Shown here one piece after another: positions 17,636-25,014 of a stretch of 64,000 bases of DNA. The DNA is from a virus. The position numbers and the translations under genes were made by a program. Every line of letters starts with the position of its first letter. The first letter of the stretch is position 1. The DNA lies in IMG/VR virus record IMGVR_UViG_3300005613_000004. One strand, written 5' to 3'. The notes under the pieces were generated by a model. The model did no database searches, was not told where the DNA came from, and saw only the letters and a program-made list of their open reading frames with translations.

Positions 17636-17833
17636 ATGACCATTGACACTGAAACTAAAAAAGTTCTTGATGATCTTTTGATTCGTATTGCTCAAGAAAA
17701 CTTTCCAAGTGTCGAAACATTAGAAGTCAGAAACTCTGATAGTCTGGATTTTCATGAAGTTCATGTGGAGTCAATCAGAGACGCACTTAAGGATGCTTTC
17801 ATTGCTGGTTTGTCGAGTGGCATTCAGTTGTGA
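17636..17833 (+). CDS. Hypothetical protein (DUF6900-like)
   Basis: ETLEVRNSDSLDFHEVHV..IRDALKDAF.AG. Confidence 0.65.
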   Translation: MTIDTETKKVLDDLLIRIAQENFPSVETLEVRNSDSLDFHEVHVESIRDALKDAFIAGLSSGIQL

Positions 17834-17888
17834 CGATTGAGGAACTTGCACAGCAGGGCATCTGCTGATCGCATTTCTACCCTATACT
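17830..17888 (+). promoter_or_regulatory. Early-type element, copy 5
   Basis: GTGACG..GAACTTGCAC, CAGCAG/CTGCTG, TATACT. Confidence 0.7.
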
Positions 17889-17910
17889 AACTTCAGTTCA
17901 AACAAAGGAC

Positions 17911-18372
17911 ATGACTGCTACTGCAACCCGTCAGGATTTCTCTGATTTCTGTGCTCAACGTGATGCACAGAATACCATCCAACTGAATGTCACAAAGTGG
18001 TGCTATATGCTGTGTGATGCACTGCTGAAAAACTACATTGATTACAGCATCAAGTCTCATGAACGTCATTTATTTCGTGATTTTGATCAGACTTCTGTTG
18101 ATTATCATGAAGCATGTATTGAAGACCTAAAGAATGGTCAGTGTGGTTATGAGTTTACTGTAGAGTCTGGACGTAAGTATCACAAAATCATGATGAGTGC
18201 CAATGGTTCTCTCTCCGTTCATGCTTTTGTTGATAAGAAGACTGGTGAAGTGTATAAACCTGCCAGTATCAAGTCTCCTGCGAAAGGTGTACGTTTTGAT
18301 CTACGATTGATTGAACAACGTGAGTGGTTGTTGGAGAATGCAACCTGGCACGGGTCCTATCTTTACAAATGA
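17911..18372 (+). CDS. Hypothetical protein
   Basis: 153 aa; VHAFVDKKTGEVYKPAS..SPAKGVRFDL. Confidence 0.8.
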   Translation: MTATATRQDFSDFCAQRDAQNTIQLNVTKWCYMLCDALLKNYIDYSIKSHERHLFRDFDQTSVDYHEACIEDLKNGQCGYEFTVESGRKYHKIMMSANGSLSVHAFVDKKTGEVYKPASIKSPAKGVRFDLRLIEQREWLLENATWHGSYLYK

Positions 18373-18572
18373 ACTACAATAGAGAACAACTGATTGATGC
18401 ACTTGTGGCAGAGTGGGAGCATCTCTGCCATGATGATTGTGATCTTGAGAAGGATTATACTCCAGAAGAGTATCGTCTCAAACTTGAGTGCTATAGTGAT
18501 GAAGATTTGATTGAAGAGACTTTTACTGGTGATGGTTATACACTTGATGAATACATGGAGGATTATGGATGA
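18369..18572 (+). CDS. Acidic hypothetical protein
   Basis: ATG at 18369, ATGA overlap. Confidence 0.7.
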   Translation: MNYNREQLIDALVAEWEHLCHDDCDLEKDYTPEEYRLKLECYSDEDLIEETFTGDGYTLDEYMEDYG

Positions 18573-18703
18573 CTGCTAAGGAGAAACTTATCTTTATCGG
18601 TTCTTTTATTTGGTTAATGCATTGGGGAACATGTCTTTCATCTCTCATTCTGGATACGGTTATTCTAAAAGGCTCTGTGAGGATGTTACCTCCTGGTTTC
18701 TGA
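18569..18703 (+). CDS. Small hydrophobic peptide (44 aa) overlapping the next gene
   Basis: MTAKEKLIFIGSFIWLMHWGTCLSSLILD...; ATGA coupling to the upstream gene. Confidence 0.5.
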   Translation: MTAKEKLIFIGSFIWLMHWGTCLSSLILDTVILKGSVRMLPPGF

Positions 18704-19107
18704 ACAAGTATTATCCACGTCATAAGATTGATGTGGATATTGTTCATCGTGGATTGAAACGTGAGAGTGTGCTGGGTTATTGTGATATTATTGGTCTTTC
18801 TTATCGACCAAGACACTTCCTGATTGAACTTCAGACCAATATGTGTAAGGAGATTTATATAAAAATCCTTTTGCACGAACTGACCCATCTGGCACAGTGG
18901 GTGGATGGTTCTCTGCGGTTTCGGCATGGAAAAATGTGTTATTGTCAAGAACCGGTCGAAAATTATGATTATGAGTATCAACCTCATGAAATTGAGGCAC
19001 GGGATAGTGAAACAATCCTATATGATCTGTATATGAGTGATAAAGAGGGTGTGCCAGTCAAACAGGTGGCACAGTGGTCGTTTCAGAACCGTCTGACTGC
19101 CCTATAA
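18631..19107 (+). CDS. Zincin (HExxH) metallopeptidase-like protein
   Basis: ILLHELTHLAQW and downstream PHEIEA. Confidence 0.75.
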   Translation: MSFISHSGYGYSKRLCEDVTSWFLNKYYPRHKIDVDIVHRGLKRESVLGYCDIIGLSYRPRHFLIELQTNMCKEIYIKILLHELTHLAQWVDGSLRFRHGKMCYCQEPVENYDYEYQPHEIEARDSETILYDLYMSDKEGVPVKQVAQWSFQNRLTAL

Positions 19108-19108
19108 T
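19051..19108 (+). promoter_or_regulatory. Early-type element, copy 6
   Basis: GTGCCA-N10-TGGCAC, 30 nt, TATAAT. Confidence 0.75.
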
Positions 19109-19133
19109 AAGTTCATACCAAACGAGGTACACC

Positions 19134-19421
19134 ATGATCACAGTGAATCTGACTGAGCAACAACTCTCACTCCTCGAAGAACTTGTAGGTGAAAAGTTCA
19201 ATGAAGTTGCACAGGCATGGTTGCCTGCTAGTGAAACAAAAGACATGAACAAACTTTGTTATGATACTTTGCTGAATCTTCGTTGTGTTCGTATGTCTAA
19301 AGAGTTTGATGAAACTTATGCTAACTGGGACAAAAATTTCTATTCTTTTGATAAGAAAGAATTCTTGCGTGAGGTTGGTCTTGTGACGGATGAGGAACTG
19401 GACCAGCAGGGCATCTGCTGA
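19134..19421 (+). CDS. Hypothetical protein
   Basis: ATG at 19134 after GAGG. Confidence 0.7.
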   Translation: MITVNLTEQQLSLLEELVGEKFNEVAQAWLPASETKDMNKLCYDTLLNLRCVRMSKEFDETYANWDKNFYSFDKKEFLREVGLVTDEELDQQGIC

Positions 19422-19440
19422 GTCCATCCTACTCTATAAT
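19383..19440 (+). promoter_or_regulatory. Early-type element, copy 7
   Basis: GTGACG..GAACTGGAC, CAGCAGGGCATCTGCTG, TATAAT. Confidence 0.75.
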
Positions 19441-19467
19441 AAAGACATCAACGCAAGACAAGCACTG

Positions 19468-19656
19468 ATGCAAACAACGACTGCAACTTATCAAATTGAA
19501 GTCACAACAGATGAAGGATATTTGTCCTTCATCAAAGTGATGCCAACCAAACCAAAAACACACAAAGGAGTTAAATCACAGAACACAAAGTTATCAAAAT
19601 GGGTAGAAAAACAATACCCCAACTTTACATCCTACGAAATTTCTCCTCTCGACTGA
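19468..19656 (+). CDS. Hypothetical protein
   Basis: ATG at 19468. Confidence 0.7.
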   Translation: MQTTTATYQIEVTTDEGYLSFIKVMPTKPKTHKGVKSQNTKLSKWVEKQYPNFTSYEISPLD

Positions 19657-19805
19657 TGATTTTAGATCCAACTAATTCTCAACACATTGATTTTAACGAT
19701 TGGTTAGCACAATGCCCTGTGCAATGGTTTAAGTTAGATTCAGATGATGACCAACAAAGTTATCAATTTATCATCGACACATCAGAAGATGATGATGAGG
19801 ATTGA
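19656..19805 (+). CDS. Small acidic hypothetical protein
   Basis: TGATG coupling. Confidence 0.6.
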   Translation: MILDPTNSQHIDFNDWLAQCPVQWFKLDSDDDQQSYQFIIDTSEDDDED

Positions 19806-19848
19806 TTACAATCATTCACATTAACTTTCAACAACTCACTCTCTACTG

Positions 19849-20049
19849 ATGAACATTTTTCCTCTTGATGATCAACTGGTGATGTTAATTGACCGATTGA
19901 ATAATGCGGTTAATGTTTGTTATGAAGCACCTGAAAATGAGGATCAGGGTTATCCTTATGCAACAGGATATTCACGGTCTGCGATGACTGATGTGGCAAA
20001 CGATTTGAGCAAAATTGTTAAACAAATGCGAGAGGAGGTGGACGGTTGA
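19849..20049 (+). CDS. Hypothetical protein
   Basis: 66-aa ORF; YPYATGYSRSA. Confidence 0.7.
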   Translation: MNIFPLDDQLVMLIDRLNNAVNVCYEAPENEDQGYPYATGYSRSAMTDVANDLSKIVKQMREEVDG

Positions 20050-20096
20050 TCGAACTGTCCACTATCGGTTGAAACCGACCCGTTTTCCTGTATTAT
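20038..20096 (+). promoter_or_regulatory. Early-type element, copy 8
   Basis: GTGGACGGTT-GATCG-AACTGTCCAC, 28 nt, TATTAT. Confidence 0.8.
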
Positions 20097-20121
20097 ATAA
20101 GAGTCAAAGGGATTTCACTTC

Positions 20122-20388
20122 ATGCAACTGACTAATTCTGCTACTATTGTTGACTTCTTCCCTGAGGCATTTATTGCCGAGGCATGTGAGGAGAAAGGTA
20201 TGAAAGTTGTGATCAAACGTTTCATCAAACGTGTTACTTTCCGTGCCACTGGTCAAAAATCTTATAGTGTGATTGGTATGATTGATGCCAAGCACGAATG
20301 GGCATCACGAATTGCAAAAGGTGCTGAGGTTACTGGTTACAATACTGAAAAGATGCCTTCTTCTGAATACATGCCCCTTTATTGCTGA
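20122..20388 (+). CDS. Hypothetical protein
   Basis: 88-aa ORF after promoter copy 8. Confidence 0.75.
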   Translation: MQLTNSATIVDFFPEAFIAEACEEKGMKVVIKRFIKRVTFRATGQKSYSVIGMIDAKHEWASRIAKGAEVTGYNTEKMPSSEYMPLYC

Positions 20389-20404
20389 TTTTGTTTTTTC
20401 AATT

Positions 20405-20560
20405 ATGGAAACCGTAACACCAATCACCAATTCAAATCTTTGGTATCTTTGGTATGAAATCATCAAACAAGATGCTCCTGAAATTATGGATGAATTTATT
20501 GAAAATACTGCATCAAAAATGGAACTCACTGTTGATTATTTCACTCAGGAGTTTCTATGA
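20405..20560 (+). CDS. Small hypothetical protein
   Basis: ATG at 20405. Confidence 0.6.
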   Translation: METVTPITNSNLWYLWYEIIKQDAPEIMDEFIENTASKMELTVDYFTQEFL

Positions 20561-20706
20561 AAGAGAGGGAGAGACTTATTATTGCTATTCAACAATTGTC
20601 GAATCTGATTTCTCTTTTAAAAGGGAATGAAGAGGAGCAATATATAAACATCAAACTCACCAGTGTGTATTATGAACTCCAACGACAAATTTCTTTATAT
20701 CATTGA
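20557..20706 (+). CDS. Small hypothetical protein (49 aa)
   Basis: MKERERLIIAIQQL...; ATGA overlap. Confidence 0.6.
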   Translation: MKERERLIIAIQQLSNLISLLKGNEEEQYINIKLTSVYYELQRQISLYH

Positions 20707-20914
20707 TTATTGGGTGCCATTTCCATCATCTGAATATGGTGGATTGATTAACCTAATTGCAGAAAATGATCAACAAGCCTTTGATCTTCTTATATCTGAA
20801 AAATCATTTGATGATCGTCATGGGCACTTGATTATGGAAAGAGTCATCAATGCTCAAAAGTTTCGGTTGGCGGATGATTATGAATGTGATATAATTGATG
20901 CATTTCTTACATAG
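20672..20914 (+). CDS. Hypothetical protein
   Basis: YIIDYWVPFPSSEYGG. Confidence 0.75.
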   Translation: MNSNDKFLYIIDYWVPFPSSEYGGLINLIAENDQQAFDLLISEKSFDDRHGHLIMERVINAQKFRLADDYECDIIDAFLT

Positions 20915-20943
20915 TTGACAGATGATTATGTGAGTAGTATAAT
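20915..20943 (+). promoter_or_regulatory. Consensus sigma70 promoter
   Basis: TTGACA-N17-TATAAT. Confidence 0.85.
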
Positions 20944-20968
20944 TAACTTGTTTTGCATTAAAAGACTA

Positions 20969-21127
20969 ATGAATGAACGTTATCAAATTGAAGAAGAGGG
21001 AACAAGTGGATGGTTTATTGTTGATGATAAATTTAATCTGACAAAAGAACAGGCTAAGGAAAGTTATAATTTGTTAGTTTTAGAAGGATATAATCCAAAT
21101 CGTCTCAAAATTGTTCGTACAAAATGA
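20969..21127 (+). CDS. Small hypothetical protein
   Basis: ATG at 20969; LVLEGYNPNRLKIVR. Confidence 0.65.
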   Translation: MNERYQIEEEGTSGWFIVDDKFNLTKEQAKESYNLLVLEGYNPNRLKIVRTK

Positions 21128-21417
21128 TTGAACTTCCTCCTGATTTCATACATTCTGCACCTGAAGGATATAGTTATGAAGTTATCAAATTCAAACGTAA
21201 TGTTTCTGGTATCTGGATTGTTAATCACAGGAAGTTTTCTTATACAGATACACCTCCAAAAAGTATATGGGGATTCTGGTGTAGTAAAAAGAAAAAATAC
21301 TATTCACCTATTAACTCCAAAACAATTGGTAAAGAAGTCATTATAACTGATACTACTGCATTTACTGCAATGCAACTTAATCTTAATCCATTAGAACGAT
21401 GTATGTACCAAAATTAA
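21124..21417 (+). CDS. Hypothetical protein
   Basis: 97-aa ORF, coupled. Confidence 0.75.
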   Translation: MIELPPDFIHSAPEGYSYEVIKFKRNVSGIWIVNHRKFSYTDTPPKSIWGFWCSKKKKYYSPINSKTIGKEVIITDTTAFTAMQLNLNPLERCMYQN

Positions 21418-21617
21418 ATGATTATGTAAAATGGAATAAAATTCATTTCCCAGTAGAAGGATGGGTTTATTTTATTGATAATGATTATATTACAATTGAG
21501 ATCGCAGTTAAACCAAAGAATTGTAATAAAGGTACATCACATCAAATGGACCATACTTTAGTTTTATGTCATAGACAATATTGGAATGAACTGATTTATG
21601 TGAAGAGTAGAGATTAA
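21399..21617 (+). CDS. Hypothetical protein
   Basis: 72-aa ORF; stop overlaps the stop of the convergent gene (TTAA). Confidence 0.7.
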   Translation: MYVPKLNDYVKWNKIHFPVEGWVYFIDNDYITIEIAVKPKNCNKGTSHQMDHTLVLCHRQYWNELIYVKSRD

Positions 21618-22318
21618 ACATATTTCCACATGTATCCTTTCCAAGTATAACGTCCATTACTTTTAAGTGCTCTGTAAAGACCACTTTTATCATCAGTTCC
21701 AACATCTCTTAATGCTGCGGCACAACTTTCAAAATAGTATTCTTTCCATGATTGTTTGTGTATTGCTTTAATAGGACGTTTTCTTGTTTTACCATCTACA
21801 CGTTTCCAACGATAACCATATGCTTTATATCCATGTTTTAATGCACGTATGATGTTAGTGTAACCAGTATTCTTTCCTGATACTTCTAATGCAGCTTCTT
21901 TAATACTATCCCAATAAACTTCTTCTCCAGTTTCTACATTTAATCCCATAATTTCAATACCAGTTCCTTTACCATTACCTCTGTATTCTGGATTCTGCCA
22001 ACCAATTAATTTCTTTTCTTTTGGTTCTTCTATTATAATTTCTTCTTCTATTTCAGTATCAACATCATATGCATTCAATTCTTTAATATAGTATTCTTTC
22101 TTTTCTTCTAACTCTATTTCAATACAATCACATATCTCTTTAGGCATAAAATTATGATTTTTATGTTTTCTCATTTCTCTATGTAAGAGTAAAGGTGACA
22201 TTCTCATTGCACTATCAATGTGTTGTTTCCATACTTTATTGATTGCTAATGTTGTCGCACCCACATAAGTTGTTCCATCTACTTTGTTGATTAGTTGGTA
22301 GATGATTCCCTGAGACAT
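21614..22318 (-). CDS. GIY-YIG domain + two NUMOD1-type DNA-binding repeats (Seg-like, probably degenerate)
   Basis: GIIYQLINKVDGTTYVG; C-terminal WDSIKEAA...GYRWK and FESCAAA...GYMWKY repeats. Confidence 0.8.
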   Translation of the reverse strand: MSQGIIYQLINKVDGTTYVGATTLAINKVWKQHIDSAMRMSPLLLHREMRKHKNHNFMPKEICDCIEIELEEKKEYYIKELNAYDVDTEIEEEIIIEEPKEKKLIGWQNPEYRGNGKGTGIEIMGLNVETGEEVYWDSIKEAALEVSGKNTGYTNIIRALKHGYKAYGYRWKRVDGKTRKRPIKAIHKQSWKEYYFESCAAALRDVGTDDKSGLYRALKSNGRYTWKGYMWKYV

Positions 22319-22407
22319 GGTTTTTTGTATTGAAGTGTCGTATAATATGTATTATAGAGTTTGCTCATGTGTTATGTTATTAGGATAAATCAGTCCCTGA
22401 GAACCAA

Positions 22408-22415
22408 TATAAATA
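22408..22415 (+). promoter_or_regulatory. T4-type late promoter pointing into the repeat array
   Basis: TATAAATA. Confidence 0.45.
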
Positions 22416-22493
22416 ATGGGTTTTTTGTAGTTGAAGTAACTCCGGATATACTTGTGAGTAACTGTCAAGTAACCTCTGAGGAACTTTCTGTCT

Positions 22494-22577
22494 TTATCTC
22501 CTAAACCTCCGATCTTATCTCCTAAACCTCCGATCTTATCTCCTAAACCTCCGATCTTATCTCCTAAACCTCCGATC
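22494..22577. repeat. Perfect 4 x 21-bp tandem array
   Basis: TTATCTCCTAAACCTCCGATC at 22494, 22515, 22536, 22557. Confidence 0.98.
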
Positions 22578-22596
22578 TCATGCAACCTAAGTCCGC

Positions 22597-22625
22597 AGGC
22601 TATCACACTCAGAGCACTTTGTCAA
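22597..22625 (-). promoter_or_regulatory. Leftward sigma70-like promoter
   Basis: Minus strand TTGACA (22625-22620)-N17-TAGCCT (22602-22597). Confidence 0.6.
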
Positions 22626-22675
22626 TACCCCCCCACGAAAAAATTACAAAACCCACACATAAATTTTATGAATCT

Positions 22676-22683
22676 TATAAATA
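22676..22683 (+). promoter_or_regulatory. T4-type late promoter
   Basis: TATAAATA. Confidence 0.45.
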
Positions 22684-22703
22684 TTGCTTATAAGAGACCC
22701 CCC

Positions 22704-22732
22704 TTGACGTGTGGCGGGTGATCGGTTATAAT
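22704..22732 (+). promoter_or_regulatory. sigma70-like promoter
   Basis: TTGACG-N17-TATAAT. Confidence 0.8.
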
Positions 22733-22762
22733 AACAAAGTACGAGATTCACCTACGAGACCT

Positions 22763-22951
22763 ATGTACGAGCACGACTACGAGTTTTCATACGAGTATAA
22801 CAACGAGTCTTATTCATACAATCTCGACGAGATGTGTGAGTACGCATCACAAGATATGCAATATAACATACAAGATTCATACGAGATTGATGATGAGTAT
22901 GCACGAGATTCATGTGATTACAACGAGATGGCATACAGACATTATGCATAA
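22763..22951 (+). CDS. Tyr/Glu/Asp-rich small protein (62 aa)
   Basis: MYEHDYEFSYEYNNESY...; downstream of the promoter at 22704. Confidence 0.55.
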   Translation: MYEHDYEFSYEYNNESYSYNLDEMCEYASQDMQYNIQDSYEIDDEYARDSCDYNEMAYRHYA

Positions 22952-22961
22952 CATATAGTGC

Positions 22962-22990
22962 TTGCGAGCATTATACATCTATGCTACAAT
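22962..22990 (+). promoter_or_regulatory. sigma70-like promoter
   Basis: TTGCGA-N17-TACAAT. Confidence 0.6.
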
Positions 22991-23018
22991 ACGTATTATC
23001 ATCACACGAGATTCACAC

Positions 23019-23177
23019 ATGTACACACAAGCACACAAACGTATGGTGAATGTAACACTTAATATCGAGTGTTATGAAGATCTAGACTTGGAGAATATCA
23101 ATTGGAATGATATTCTTGGTCTAGAAGGAGATGAGAATGTTGATATTAGCATCAAAGAAGTAGCAGATATCTTTTAA
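23019..23177 (+). CDS. Small acidic hypothetical protein
   Basis: ATG at 23019; ILGLEGDENVDISIKE. Confidence 0.6.
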   Translation: MYTQAHKRMVNVTLNIECYEDLDLENINWNDILGLEGDENVDISIKEVADIF

Positions 23178-23202
23178 ATTACCAGTTCCCCAACTGTCAC
23201 AC
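23143..23202 (-). promoter_or_regulatory. Early-type element, copy 9 (leftward)
   Basis: Minus strand GTGTGACAGTTGGGGAACTGG; possible -10 TAATAT at 23148-23143. Confidence 0.5.
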
Positions 23203-23249
23203 GATGGTATTAGAGACCCTTATATAAGGCTTATAGAGAGTACTTATGA

Positions 23250-23310
23250 GTGTGACAGTTGGGGAACTGGCCTAAAACCCCTTGTAAACGCATTCGTGAT
23301 GGTTTATATT
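23250..23310 (+). promoter_or_regulatory. Early-type element, copy 10
   Basis: GTGTGACAGTTGGGGAACTGG, TATATT at 23305. Confidence 0.7.
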
Positions 23311-23369
23311 GGATTCGTGGTCGGGAAAGTAACATTTTTCTAACCACAAGTTGTTAACACTAACTGATC

Positions 23370-23651
23370 ATGAACTACACTCTCGAACAACTTCAAGAAC
23401 GAGTCAACACTTTGATCGAATTGCAGGGTAAAGATGCACCTTGTGCCGCATGGATTTACACCAAAGAAGATTGTCATCTGAAGGATGAAGATGGTGAGTT
23501 TGATTATGATAATGTTGTAGAAGATGCTGAAGTTCTTGAACGAATCTTCGATGATGTTGGCAACATTGATTACATCTATCAGGTAATTCAGGAATGTGTT
23601 GATGAAGTGACTGAAGAGCAACTTATGCAACAACAACAGGAGTTAGTTTAA
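23370..23651 (+). CDS. Acidic hypothetical protein
   Basis: 93-aa ORF. Confidence 0.75.
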   Translation: MNYTLEQLQERVNTLIELQGKDAPCAAWIYTKEDCHLKDEDGEFDYDNVVEDAEVLERIFDDVGNIDYIYQVIQECVDEVTEEQLMQQQQELV

Positions 23652-23658
23652 ACAATAT

Positions 23659-23715
23659 GTGCCAATAGTTTTAGTGGCACAGTAAATGAGCACTGTGCCC
23701 AGAATCGTGTATTGT
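23659..23715 (+). promoter_or_regulatory. Early-type element, copy 11
   Basis: GTGCCA-N10-TGGCAC, 29 nt, TATTGT. Confidence 0.75.
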
Positions 23716-23740
23716 AGTTATGTCGTCAGGAATTCATTCA

Positions 23741-24007
23741 ATGCAAACTCTCTACAAAGTGATTGGTTTCGGTGAGAATGAGTTTGGTTTCTTCAATCAA
23801 AAGGCAGTAAGTTCTACCATTGGTTATGCTTCAGGAATCTACAGTGGAATGATTAATGACCCCGACTATATGGGTGCAGTGATTATTAAACAGGAGCATG
23901 AATCCTGGCAAGTGATCCTGGAGTTTGGCACTGAGAATATGTCAATCGAATGCGACACTTTTATGAGTTTCAGTGTCAAGAAAGCACCTGCCCTTGTGAT
24001 GGTCTGA
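23741..24007 (+). CDS. Hypothetical protein
   Basis: ATG at 23741. Confidence 0.7.
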   Translation: MQTLYKVIGFGENEFGFFNQKAVSSTIGYASGIYSGMINDPDYMGAVIIKQEHESWQVILEFGTENMSIECDTFMSFSVKKAPALVMV

Positions 24008-24011
24008 CCAT

Positions 24012-24068
24012 GTGACGGTCTGCAAGGTGTCCACTGTTTCCCCCACACCGTCCAATCCCGTGTATATT
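24012..24068 (+). promoter_or_regulatory. Early-type element, copy 12
   Basis: GTGACGGT..AAGGTGTCCAC, 28 nt, TATATT. Confidence 0.75.
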
Positions 24069-24093
24069 AAAAGAGTCAAAGCAAACGACACCA

Positions 24094-24285
24094 ATGAGCC
24101 CCAACTTCATCGAAACCAAGAATGTTATGACCCTCAAGGAGGGAATTGCACTTGTTGAAGCAAAAGGTTACACCTACCAAGGTATCAACGACCGTTACAA
24201 TCACTGCTACTATCTCCAATTCCGTTCTCCTGAGGGCATTAATACACTCCTCAGCAAGTGGGATATTGAGAACGACAACTTCTGA
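24094..24285 (+). CDS. Hypothetical protein
   Basis: 63-aa ORF between promoter copies. Confidence 0.7.
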   Translation: MSPNFIETKNVMTLKEGIALVEAKGYTYQGINDRYNHCYYLQFRSPEGINTLLSKWDIENDNF

Positions 24286-24340
24286 GACAGTTGGGAGAGT
24301 GTCCACCATTCTCCCACAGCACCCCAGGATCGTGTATTGT
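24284..24340 (+). promoter_or_regulatory. Early-type element, copy 13
   Basis: GAGACAGTT..GAGTGTCCAC, 28 nt, TATTGT. Confidence 0.75.
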
Positions 24341-24365
24341 ATTCAAGTCGTCAGGAATCGAATCG

Positions 24366-24536
24366 ATGAAGACCATTCGGATTCAAGTTGAAACTTATGA
24401 CGGTTGTCGAACAATTTGGTATGAAAAGTCACGATTGAAGAATCCAACTGATGCAATTTGTAAGCGTGTTAATGAGCAACTTGCTGGATTGAATATTAAG
24501 CGAGTTGAAGTTAGTTTGGCTCCCGATACCGTGTGA
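24366..24536 (+). CDS. Small hypothetical protein
   Basis: ATG at 24366 (MKTIRIQVET). Confidence 0.7.
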   Translation: MKTIRIQVETYDGCRTIWYEKSRLKNPTDAICKRVNEQLAGLNIKRVEVSLAPDTV

Positions 24537-24591
24537 CGGTCTAGAAGGTGTCACAAGGGGGATTGCGGAATCCCCCGATTGCTGCAATACT
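24531..24591 (+). promoter_or_regulatory. Early-type element, copy 14
   Basis: TGTGAC-N12-GTCACA, GGGGGATT/AATCCCCC hairpin, AATACT. Confidence 0.7.
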
Positions 24592-24615
24592 ATCAATGTC
24601 GTCAGGAGTTCACCA

Positions 24616-24819
24616 ATGATTGTTCCTTTCTCTGAAGTTTGCGTTGGTTGTTCACTTGTTCTCAACAGAGAAGCAGGTGTGAAAGTATCATCTCGCACCG
24701 CAGATATTATTGTCGGTGAAGTCAATGGCAAGTCTATTTGGAAGAAAGTATGGGTGAAGCAGAAACAAGATGTAGTCATTGCTGATCCTAACGGCAATGG
24801 AATTGTCCTCACATTCTGA
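24616..24819 (+). CDS. Hypothetical protein
   Basis: ATG at 24616 after AGGAG. Confidence 0.7.
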   Translation: MIVPFSEVCVGCSLVLNREAGVKVSSRTADIIVGEVNGKSIWKKVWVKQKQDVVIADPNGNGIVLTF

Positions 24820-24847
24820 ACACTAACTGTCCTTTTGCTATTTGATT

Positions 24848-24982
24848 ATGTTTGACGAAACTTGGACTGAGATTGTTGAAGCACCGGGTGAAATCTTCGA
24901 TGTCATTGAATATAAAGAAGAATGGGAGAAAGATGATAAGTTTGACGTAGAATCTTACATCAAAGGAAACACTGACTATTGA
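24848..24982 (+). CDS. Small acidic hypothetical protein (44 aa)
   Basis: MFDETWTEIVEAPGEIFD... Confidence 0.6.
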   Translation: MFDETWTEIVEAPGEIFDVIEYKEEWEKDDKFDVESYIKGNTDY

Positions 24983-25014
24983 TGTCTTTCGTATCAACTT
25001 TCTCCTATTCTAAA

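Noticed and set aside
22494-22577. CRISPR array
   Set aside because: Units are contiguous with no spacers, and there are no cas genes
22352-22606. 84-aa minus ORF with KIGGLGD repeats
   Set aside because: A product of the 21-bp array; its GTG start overlaps the predicted -10 box and has no RBS
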